Assembly (NCBI GenBank): GCA_964448855.1
Contig: CAYUXI010000013.1
Span: 674 to 64,673 of the forward strand
Length of the DNA: 64,000 nucleotides
Direction: 5' to 3'
DNA from: an uncultured Oscillospiraceae bacterium
GTDB taxonomy: Bacteria > Bacillota > Clostridia > Oscillospirales > QAMX01
The translations under genes were made by a program, and so were the position numbers. Numbering within the stretch: the stretch's first letter is position 1; each line of letters begins with the position of its first letter. Below, piece by piece: positions 50,201-57,483 of the stretch. The notes below the pieces were generated by a model. The model was given only the letters and a program-made list of their open reading frames with translations, was not told the origin of the DNA and did not search any database.

Positions 50201-50944
50201 TTACAGAATGGCCTCCGTGCCGTCCAGCGCGATGACAACCGGGATATCCAGCTTCTTCGCCAGCGCCTGAATCAGCGGGACGCCGCTGCGGCCATATTGG
50301 ATGCCGTAATGATTGAAGATGATTTTTTCCGTGCCGGAATCCTTGAGAATCGGCTCATACAGCGCCGCATCGAAATGCGCCGTTTCGCAGACGACGATCT
50401 GCGGGCGCTCTGCCAGCAGCGGCAGCGGGAAATCGACGTCCGGGCTGCGGAGATCCCCGGTAAACAGGATTTTCTTGCCGGTTGCCACTTCCTCGAGCAG
50501 GAACGAATAGGAAAAATCGCAGTGCTGTGTCCGGCAGGCCGTCACGCGGAGAACCCCGTCCTCAAAAATGACACCGGGCTGAATCACGCGGAAATCCATC
50601 GGGCGCATGGCCATCTGCAGTGTGGAGAACCAGCCGTTCAGCGCCTGAATGCCCCGTTCGTGCGGGAAAAAGATGGCTGCATCGACCGTCCGGAAATACC
50701 AGTTGGCCAGGTCGACAAAGCTGAGCAGGCCGTCGATGTGGTCGCCGTGGAGATGCGTCAGGAAGATGCCCTTGACGGAATCCGGTGCCATGTCGCGTGT
50801 GATCAGTTCGTCAATCGCCTGCATCCCCATATCGACAAAATAGCGGTTCGCCCCGCATTCGACGAGTGCGCAGGAGCAGTGCCGGTGCTTTTCCGGCACG
50901 CCGTGGCTTGTCCCTAAAAAAATCAGTCTCATGATCTGTTTCAC
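50201..50944 (-). CDS. Metallo-beta-lactamase fold hydrolase (RNase Z-like)
   Basis: FLGTSHGVP, FVDMG, THLHGDH, FTGD. Confidence 0.85.
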   Translation of the reverse strand: MKQIMRLIFLGTSHGVPEKHRHCSCALVECGANRYFVDMGMQAIDELITRDMAPDSVKGIFLTHLHGDHIDGLLSFVDLANWYFRTVDAAIFFPHERGIQALNGWFSTLQMAMRPMDFRVIQPGVIFEDGVLRVTACRTQHCDFSYSFLLEEVATGKKILFTGDLRSPDVDFPLPLLAERPQIVVCETAHFDAALYEPILKDSGTEKIIFNHYGIQYGRSGVPLIQALAKKLDIPVVIALDGTEAIL

Positions 50945-50975
50945 GCTTCCTTTCTGTTTGGAGCTGTGTTGTTTT

Positions 50976-52049
50976 TCAGAAAATATGCCAGTTTTTTGGG
51001 ATATAGATCTCTTTGAAAATTTCGACGGCGTAGCGGTCCGTCATGCTGGACAGATAGTCGCACAAAACACGCGGGATGCTCTCCCGCGCCAGCATGGCCA
51101 GGTACATGGGCGGCAGCTCCTCGAGCCGCCGTTCAAAATACCGGTACAGCTCTTCGAGAATCAGCCGAGCCTTGGATTCCTCGCTTTTGGCCGTCGGGTT
51201 TTGGTAGACATGGGCAAACAGGAAATCGCGCAGCCCGTCTGTCGCTGCGCCGACGCCGGGCGACATGGCAATGACAAAGCCCTGCGCCGTCAGCCCGCTG
51301 TTTTGGATGGCGTCAACGACCATCGTATTGATTCGGTCGTGCGTCGTGCGGCCGAGAATGTCGCCAAACGCAGACGGGATATCGGATTCGTGCAGGACAC
51401 CGGCGCGGACGGCATCGTCGATGTCGTGGTTGATGTACGCGACGCGATCCGACATGGCGACGATGCGCCCTTCAAAGGTGTCGGCGCGTTTGGGGCCGGT
51501 ATGGCAGAGAATCCCATCGCGAACCTCTGCGGTCAGATTCAGACCCCGGCCGTTGTTTTCCAGCACATCCACAACGCGGAGGCTGTTTTCATTGTGCTTG
51601 AAGGAAATGCCGGCGATTTCCGCCAATGCACGTTCGCCCGCATGGCCAAACGGGGTGTGCCCCAGATCGTGTCCCAGGGCGATGGCCTCTGTCAGGTCTT
51701 CGTTCAGGCAAAGAGCACGCGCAATGGTGCGGGCAATCTGCGACACTTCGAGCGTATGCGTCAGGCGGGTTCGGTAATGGTCGCCGTCCGGCGACAGGAA
51801 CACCTGCGTTTTATGCTTGAGGCGGCGAAACGACTTCGCGTGCAGGATTCTGTCCCGGTCGCGCTGGAAGCAGGTGCGGACAGGGCATGGCGGCTCCTCC
51901 CGGAGACGCCCGGCAGAGTCCCCTGCAAATGCAGCCGACGCGCAGAGCGATTCCCGCTCCCGCCGTTCATTTTGCAGACGAATGCGATGTATTTCAGCAG
52001 TTTGCGCGTCCATGGGATCACCGTCCATCCGTTGTCCGTTTCGGTTCAT
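50976..52049 (-). CDS. dgt: Deoxyguanosinetriphosphate triphosphohydrolase (HD domain)
   Basis: FQRDRDRILHAKSFRRLKHKTQVF, RTRLTHTLEV, GHDLGHTPFGHAGE, YLSSMTDRYA. Confidence 0.93.
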   Translation of the reverse strand: MNRNGQRMDGDPMDAQTAEIHRIRLQNERRERESLCASAAFAGDSAGRLREEPPCPVRTCFQRDRDRILHAKSFRRLKHKTQVFLSPDGDHYRTRLTHTLEVSQIARTIARALCLNEDLTEAIALGHDLGHTPFGHAGERALAEIAGISFKHNENSLRVVDVLENNGRGLNLTAEVRDGILCHTGPKRADTFEGRIVAMSDRVAYINHDIDDAVRAGVLHESDIPSAFGDILGRTTHDRINTMVVDAIQNSGLTAQGFVIAMSPGVGAATDGLRDFLFAHVYQNPTAKSEESKARLILEELYRYFERRLEELPPMYLAMLARESIPRVLCDYLSSMTDRYAVEIFKEIYIPKNWHIF

Positions 52050-52191
52050 GCCGCCCTTGTCAAAAGCGCTCTATTCATAGAATCCGCATTTCGTGCGGAA
52101 ACCCCTCTTTTTGCGAGAGCGATTTCATCATTTTCGGCTCATCGCCCGATTGAACGGGCGATTTTTCCGGTTTCTTTGTAGAATTTGTCGC

Positions 52192-53127
52192 TTATTGCAG
52201 ACCCATTGCCGCGTTCAGGCGTTCTGACAGCTCATGCGCGGCGTTGTAGCCCATGCGTTTGTTGCGGTCGTTCATGGCGGCGACCTCAATGATGATGGCC
52301 AGGTTGCGCCCCGGGCGCACCGGAACCGTCAGGGACGGCACGTCGATGCCCAAAATGTTCGTATATTCCGTATCCTCGCCCAGGCGGTCATAGATTTTGC
52401 CCTCTTTCCAGGGCTCCAGATGAATCACCAGATCCACCTTTTCCGTCATTTTGACGGCAGCCATACCAAACAGGCGCTTGACGTCAATGATGCCGATGCC
52501 GCGCAGCTCGACGAAGTGGCGAATGATTTCCGGCGCGCTGCCCACCAGCGTTTTCGACGAGACGCGTTTGATCTCGACGGCATCGTCGGCGATCAGGCGG
52601 TGGCCGCGCTTCACAAGCTCGATGGCCGTTTCGCTCTTGCCGACACCGCTGTCGCCCATGAGCAGAATGCCCTCGCCGTACACCTCAATCAGCACGCCGT
52701 GCCGGGTGATGCGCGGAGCCAGGTGGATTTTCAGCGCAGCGATCAGCGCGCTCAACGTGGTGGAAGAGTCTTCCTTTGTCCGCAGAATCGTCACGCCGTA
52801 CTCCTTCGCCAGCTCCAGACATTCGGGATACGGCTCAATGTTGCGCGTGATGATCAGCGCGGGAATGTTCATTTTGAAGAGCTTTTCCAGAGAGGAACGG
52901 CGGCGTTCCGGCGTAAACCGGCTCAGGAAGGTCGTTTCGACCTTGCCGATCATCTGGAGACGTTCATTGTCGAAGAAATCATAAAAACCGGCCAGCTGAA
53001 GCCCACAGCGATTGACGTCGTCCGAATAGACCAGAATATCCCGATAGCCCTCCGGTGCCGTTTCAACTGTAAAGGCCAGCTCATCAATCAGCGTTCCGAG
53101 TGCCACACTGTATCGGACACTATCCAT
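52192..53127 (-). CDS. hprK: HPr(Ser) kinase/phosphorylase
   Basis: RCGLQLAGF, HGVLIEVYGEGILLMGDSGVGKSETAIEL, ADD, ELRGIGII, PVRPGRNLAIIIEVAA. Confidence 0.97.
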   Translation of the reverse strand: MDSVRYSVALGTLIDELAFTVETAPEGYRDILVYSDDVNRCGLQLAGFYDFFDNERLQMIGKVETTFLSRFTPERRRSSLEKLFKMNIPALIITRNIEPYPECLELAKEYGVTILRTKEDSSTTLSALIAALKIHLAPRITRHGVLIEVYGEGILLMGDSGVGKSETAIELVKRGHRLIADDAVEIKRVSSKTLVGSAPEIIRHFVELRGIGIIDVKRLFGMAAVKMTEKVDLVIHLEPWKEGKIYDRLGEDTEYTNILGIDVPSLTVPVRPGRNLAIIIEVAAMNDRNKRMGYNAAHELSERLNAAMGLQ

Positions 53128-53207
53128 TTTGGAACATCTCCTCTCTGTTGTGAACCGGTGCATTTCCGTCGCGAAAAGCTCCCGGTTCCAATTCTCATCC
53201 ATTCTTT

Positions 53208-53237
53208 ATTATACCATATCTGTGCCCTTTCCTGCAA
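53208..53237 (-). promoter_or_regulatory. SigA promoter of hprK
   Basis: TTGCAG-18-TATAAT with extended TG. Confidence 0.6.
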
Positions 53238-53282
53238 GTCTGTGCCGTTCGGAACGGGGCGATTTCTTCTCCACTACACGCA

Positions 53283-53311
53283 TTGACGTGCGAATCGATC
53301 TATGGTATACT
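53283..53311 (+). promoter_or_regulatory. SigA promoter of the nucleotidyltransferase gene, divergent from hprK
   Basis: TTGACG-17-TATACT with extended TG at 53303-53304. Confidence 0.7.
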
Positions 53312-53413
53312 GAATTAGGAGTTCCTCGACCCGTGCATGAGCCGCGTGATGTCTCCATGACGTATGATTGTCCTGTCAGCCAGCCGTTTTTGATGAGAGG
53401 AGTGTGTCCTTCC

Positions 53414-55102
53414 ATGCCATCTATGACCGATCGATTGATGCAGTTTCTTCAGCTGCACGCATCTGCCAAATCCCCTGCAGCGTTGGATGTCGTCGCTTTC
53501 CTGTCCGCACACCGTGTTCCCCTGCCGAGCGCCGCAGCGCCTGAAGATCTGGGTCAGAAAATTCAGCTGATTACGCAGCAGTATGTCCAGACAAAGCTGC
53601 TCAATGCCATGCAGGAGTTGCTTTTGTGTTTCCAATCGCACAGCATCGACATCCTGTTTCTGAAAGGTCCGCTGCTGGGATTGGAGCTGTATGGTGAAAC
53701 CGGAATCCGTCCAACGTCCGATCTCGATCTGTTTGTTCCGGATGCTCAGGTTGCCGATGCGCTGGAGGCATTGACGCAGCTCGGTTATACCCGAACAAAC
53801 GGCACGCCCTACTCCGGGAAGGATCGTGTTTATGACCTGAACCGTGGCGATATGCGTCTGAAAATGATGGGGCGACATCTGACTGCCGTTCGATCTTCCA
53901 AAAACTGGACGATCACGCTGGAATTGCACGCCACGCTGTTTCGGCACTATGATACCGTTTCACCAACCTCTTTGGCATCACAGGCAGACCTGATTGTTTC
54001 TGACAGCCGCACCCTATCCTGTCAGGGGGTTGACTATCCCGTTCCGGGCGTTTTGGATTCGTTCCTGATGCTCTGCACGCACTTTGCACGGCATACGGTG
54101 GAAGCAGTGACCGCATTCTGTGCCAAAAAGCAGCAGCCGCGTTTTCCGCTGCATCAGCTGCATGATCTCGCACTCTTTTTTGAGCACTGGTCGGATGTGC
54201 TGTCAGCTTCCGACCTTTTGGCGCGTGCCATAGCGTTCGGCAGTCAGGCCGATCTGGCATTTGCCTGCCGCTATCTGCAGGAGGTTTACGGAATCGACCT
54301 TTGGCAATCCATTGCCCCTGATCTTTTGGGTGAAGCCGATGATGATTTTGAAAACGATATCGTATGGAGCATTTTGCGGCAGCTTTCCGCCACAGAGCTG
54401 CTGTTTTGCGCACCATCAGACAATCTTGCCCGTTTGAAAAGCGTTGCTCCTGCTCGCCGCTGTTATGAGCTCCAGACCGGGCGCGAGCTTTCTGCCGTTC
54501 TGGCCGACTGCGAGGTTCGGGAGGTCTTTGATGATCCGTCCCGGCCACCTTTGCGGGAGCCTTATTCCTTTCGTTGGGGTGCTGCGCGTTCAGATGATCA
54601 GCTCATGTTTTGCGTGGAAATTCCAACAGAGCGTGTTGTTTTTCTGGAAGGATGCCAGAAAAACTTTCGTCGCAACTGTACCCGCTCCGACTGTCCGAGA
54701 GACTGTGCTGCGCAGCACGGCGCCAACACGCTGATTCGTTTGCTGCTGCCCGGAACCTGCTGTTCAGTCGAGGCCGGAAGCTGCATGAATCGCTATGAAA
54801 TCAGCGTGATCCAGACAGCAGAAGGTCTCCGGATAACCGCAGACCGCAATGGGCATCCATTTGCTCTATCCGGTGCGGCTGTTGCAGAGAAAGATGGCTG
54901 CTGGCAATTTCGGTTTCAGTTGCCGATACCTGATCCCGGCGATTCCAACGCGCTGCCTTTTATGATTTCCCGTGAAATTCTGCTTCCATTTGCTCACCGT
55001 CCGGATCAGGCCATCGCCTTCAGCGTGCGCTGGCTGAACAGTGTGGCGGTTTCACATCAGACCTGTCTGAGCTGCGGGCTGCTGCTGGCATCCCGCCGGT
55101 GA
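53414..55102 (+). CDS. Nucleotidyltransferase family protein (NTP_transf_5-like) with a C-terminal extension
   Basis: FLKGPLLGLELYGETGIRPTSDLDLFV signature, LELH, LCTHFARH, LHDLAL; RBS GAGAGGAG. Confidence 0.8.
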   Translation: MPSMTDRLMQFLQLHASAKSPAALDVVAFLSAHRVPLPSAAAPEDLGQKIQLITQQYVQTKLLNAMQELLLCFQSHSIDILFLKGPLLGLELYGETGIRPTSDLDLFVPDAQVADALEALTQLGYTRTNGTPYSGKDRVYDLNRGDMRLKMMGRHLTAVRSSKNWTITLELHATLFRHYDTVSPTSLASQADLIVSDSRTLSCQGVDYPVPGVLDSFLMLCTHFARHTVEAVTAFCAKKQQPRFPLHQLHDLALFFEHWSDVLSASDLLARAIAFGSQADLAFACRYLQEVYGIDLWQSIAPDLLGEADDDFENDIVWSILRQLSATELLFCAPSDNLARLKSVAPARRCYELQTGRELSAVLADCEVREVFDDPSRPPLREPYSFRWGAARSDDQLMFCVEIPTERVVFLEGCQKNFRRNCTRSDCPRDCAAQHGANTLIRLLLPGTCCSVEAGSCMNRYEISVIQTAEGLRITADRNGHPFALSGAAVAEKDGCWQFRFQLPIPDPGDSNALPFMISREILLPFAHRPDQAIAFSVRWLNSVAVSHQTCLSCGLLLASRR

Positions 55103-55203
55103 AGCTTTCGTCGTTTGCTGCAGCCGCCAATTCGCAAAGCCGAATCGGCTGATTATCGAACCTGTACTCGACACATTTGCCAGACCGGGACATCGCATAT
55201 GAA

Positions 55204-55402
55204 TTGAAGGATTTTTACAATTTTGGTGTTGGTATGGTGGTGTATTTGTGAAAGCGCAGACTGAACCTGTTTCAGGTGATGTCTGCGCTTTTTTCGTTTT
55301 TTTGTAAAGAAACGGCCATACCATTGCACCGACAAGGAATCAATAAGGAGAAGGTCGGATCATGGGAACTGAATGGAAAAAGAGTCGGTATGCATTCTTT
55401 AT
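55204..55402 (+). repeat. Copy 1 of the duplicated rSAM leader plus first 13 codons
   Basis: 55204-55296 matches 55547-55638 (2 substitutions, 1 T indel); 55338-55402 is identical to 55687-55751 (65 bp). Confidence 0.95.
55251..55294 (+). terminator. Intrinsic terminator-like hairpin in leader copy 1
   Basis: AAAGCGCAGAC...GTCTGCGCTTT followed by a T-tract. Confidence 0.7.
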
Positions 55403-55433
55403 GTTTTCTATGTTTCTTTCACTAAGCTCTTGA
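55362..55433 (+). pseudogene. Truncated 5' stub of the rSAM gene (MGTEWKKSRYAFF + 10 unrelated residues)
   Basis: Identical RBS and first 13 codons to the 55711 CDS, then TGA at 55431-55433. Confidence 0.75.
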
Positions 55434-55458
55434 CAGTCGAATGAAAATCTGATATAAT
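55430..55458 (+). promoter_or_regulatory. Perfect-consensus SigA promoter upstream of the rSAM operon
   Basis: TTGACA (55430-55435), 17 nt, TATAAT (55453-55458). Confidence 0.9.
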
Positions 55459-55546
55459 TTAGATAATTAAAGAATTCAATGATTTCATCAGTAAGCAACC
55501 AGATGAGCCCGCACTCAGTTTAGCATGCAAAGAAACCGCATGGTAT

Positions 55547-55751
55547 TTGAAGGATTTTTACAGTTTTGGTGTTGGTATGGTGGTGTATTTGTGAAAGCGC
55601 AGACTGAGCCTGTTTCAGGTGATGTCTGCGCTTTTTCGGGCTTTGCCAAGAAAAATCAAAACCGGTCATACCATTTATCAGCAAGTAATCAATAAGGAGA
55701 AGGTCGGATCATGGGAACTGAATGGAAAAAGAGTCGGTATGCATTCTTTAT
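55547..55751 (+). repeat. Copy 2 of the duplicated leader (the one attached to the intact rSAM gene)
   Basis: See copy 1; contains hairpin 55594-55634, RBS AAGGAG and ATG 55711. Confidence 0.95.
55594..55636 (+). terminator. Terminator-like hairpin inside the rSAM 5' leader (attenuator candidate)
   Basis: 11-bp stem plus T5 between the promoter and the start codon. Confidence 0.65.
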
Positions 55752-57033
55752 TGAGCAGGAAAATGGCGAAATGATCATTTATCATTCGGCAACAGGTTTT
55801 ATCTTACAATGTACAGAACCGGAATACATTGAAAAGGCAGTAAAGATCGCCAATCAATCCGTTTTTGAAATGGATGAAGAAAATGACCTGATGTGTTTGC
55901 TACGAGACAAAGGCGTTCTTTTGGCAAACGATTTTGACGAAGATGCTCAAGTTCGGCAATTGTACGATCGGGTCGTTATGCACAGGAATCAACTTTCTCT
56001 GACATTAATTGTAACGAGGCAGTGTAATTTCCGTTGCGTTTACTGCGGTCAGAAACACGAGAGCAACAAGCGTATGTCTCGTGAAGTCTATGATAGAATC
56101 ATATCGTTGATCGAAAAAACATGCCATGATAAAAAGATAGACAGTGTCTCTGTTTCTTTTTTTGGCGGAGAACCGCTTTTGGAATGTGAAAGAATTCTAT
56201 ATTTTTTGGATAAATTACAGGAATTTTCAAAAAAGACCGGGATTCCCTATTATGCAGGAATGACCACAAATGCATATTTGCTGACGAAAAATAATTTTGA
56301 GCGTTTGGCACAGCTGAATTGTTTGGATTATCAAATAACACTGGATGGTATGGATGAGACTCATGACCAAAAAAGATATCTCATAGGAAAAAGGAAAACA
56401 TGGAAAACCATCGTAGATAATCTGCTCTATATCAAGTCAACAGATTATCCTTTTAAAATCATTTTGAGGACAAATTTCGATACAGAAGTTTTGCAATCAG
56501 TAGATTCTTATTTGAATTTCGTATCGGAAAATTTGAATGATGATCGTATCCTGATGTATCATGAAACCATTAAAGACCACGGGAATCCCGAACAAAACGA
56601 ATACATGTCGCAATCTGAAGCAATTTTCAGCAATGTCGAAATTTCCCGTCTTTTGAAAGAGAAGAATTTGAAATCGTCACTTGTTTTTTCTTCAACAACC
56701 CCTGCCTGTTCGATGTGTCGAGCAGGAATTCCTGATTATTATGTAATCGATTACGATGGAAGTATCAAAAGATGTACTCACCGATTGGATACCGAACCAA
56801 ACTACCTAGGAAATCTGTCAGATGATGGTTCCATGATCATTGACCATTCTCTGGATGCAAAATGGATTTATCGGGACTATTTGTCTGATGATAAATGTAA
56901 AGAGTGCAAATTACTTCCTCTGTGTTTTGGAAAACGTTGTCCTGTTGCGCGGGTAGACCCCCAATTGGCGTTCGACTGTAACAAAGATTTACGTGCTTTG
57001 GAATTGGAGGAAATCCTACGCGTTCATTTGTAA
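55711..57033 (+). CDS. Radical SAM/SPASM peptide maturase
   Basis: CNFRCVYC (CxxxCxxC), FFGGEPLL, TTNAYLL, QITLDG; SPASM Cys ACSMC, KRC, CKECKLLPLCFGKRCP, FDC; ~85-aa N-terminal extension (RRE-like). Confidence 0.92.
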   Translation: MGTEWKKSRYAFFIEQENGEMIIYHSATGFILQCTEPEYIEKAVKIANQSVFEMDEENDLMCLLRDKGVLLANDFDEDAQVRQLYDRVVMHRNQLSLTLIVTRQCNFRCVYCGQKHESNKRMSREVYDRIISLIEKTCHDKKIDSVSVSFFGGEPLLECERILYFLDKLQEFSKKTGIPYYAGMTTNAYLLTKNNFERLAQLNCLDYQITLDGMDETHDQKRYLIGKRKTWKTIVDNLLYIKSTDYPFKIILRTNFDTEVLQSVDSYLNFVSENLNDDRILMYHETIKDHGNPEQNEYMSQSEAIFSNVEISRLLKEKNLKSSLVFSSTTPACSMCRAGIPDYYVIDYDGSIKRCTHRLDTEPNYLGNLSDDGSMIIDHSLDAKWIYRDYLSDDKCKECKLLPLCFGKRCPVARVDPQLAFDCNKDLRALELEEILRVHL

Positions 57034-57074
57034 AGAGACAGGATAAACTATTCAGGAAGAAAGGAGGATCAAGT

Positions 57075-57212
57075 ATGCATGTGATTCAAGATGCAGCGAC
57101 CCCCGCAGTGATTGCACGCAGAGCGCAAAGCAATGGTTGTGATTGCAATTGTGATTGTCATGGTGGTTCCGGTAGCTCCGGGGGAACCAATTGCAATTGT
57201 CATTGCAGCTAA
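57075..57212 (+). CDS. Cys-rich RiPP precursor 1, 45 aa: MHVIQDAATPAVIARRAQSNGCDCNCDCHGGSGSSGGTNCNCHCS
   Basis: Manual translation, not in the ORF track; strong RBS GAAAGGAGG 6 nt upstream; 7 Cys; paralogous to precursor 2. Confidence 0.88.
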   Translation: MHVIQDAATPAVIARRAQSNGCDCNCDCHGGSGSSGGTNCNCHCS

Positions 57213-57246
57213 TCGTCCCAATCTGCACAACAATTTTATTGAAAGG

Positions 57247-57390
57247 ATGAGAAAATACCATATCTTAAAAGACATTACGATTCCTGCGTCCATTGCACGC
57301 AACAACCAGGAAAATGGTTGTGATTGCGATTGTAATGAAGGTTGCAATGGCGGTTCTGCCGGTAGAAATTGCCACTGTCTTTGCAGCTAA
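57247..57390 (+). CDS. Cys-rich RiPP precursor 2, 47 aa: MRKYHILKDITIPASIARNNQENGCDCDCNEGCNGGSAGRNCHCLCS
   Basis: 3' half of track ORF 57112-57390; aligns with precursor 1 in leader and core; start uncertain because GAAAGG abuts the ATG. Confidence 0.82.
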   Translation: MRKYHILKDITIPASIARNNQENGCDCDCNEGCNGGSAGRNCHCLCS

Positions 57391-57397
57391 GCCGTCT

Positions 57398-57437
57398 GTC
57401 ACGGCAGGCAGATTTTTTGAAATCTGCCTGCCGTGAC
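57398..57437 (+). other. 18-bp perfect stem-loop between the precursors and the ABC gene
   Basis: GTCACGGCAGGCAGATTT-tttg-AAATCTGCCTGCCGTGAC; no strong U-tract follows. Confidence 0.85.
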
Positions 57438-57483
57438 TCCAAATCTTTCCAATCATCCAACACACAGAAAAGAGGATTCTGTT

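Noticed and set aside
53318-53357. GGAG...CTCC structured stretch in the nucleotidyltransferase leader
   Set aside because: It does not match any riboswitch consensus I recognise, the stem is short, and there is no terminator; needs an Rfam scan.
55362-55433. 23-aa stub as a functional peptide
   Set aside because: Residues 14-23 are unrelated low-complexity sequence running into the promoter; best read as a duplication remnant.
55540-55695. 51-codon ORF MVFEGFLQFWCWYGG... in leader copy 2 (both inter-copy substitutions are synonymous in this frame)
   Set aside because: No RBS, and copy 1 has a stop immediately upstream with no start; two substitutions are too few to infer selection. Not fully excluded.
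57112-57246. N-terminal half of the 92-aa track ORF 57112-57390
   Set aside because: It is an alternate frame of precursor 1, which has the strong RBS; only the part from 57247 aligns with precursor 1.
57075-57390. Identification of the precursors as SCIFF or lasso peptides
   Set aside because: The Cys spacing differs from SCIFF (CxxCxxxCxxxCxxxC), and there are no lasso cyclase or B-protein genes in the locus.
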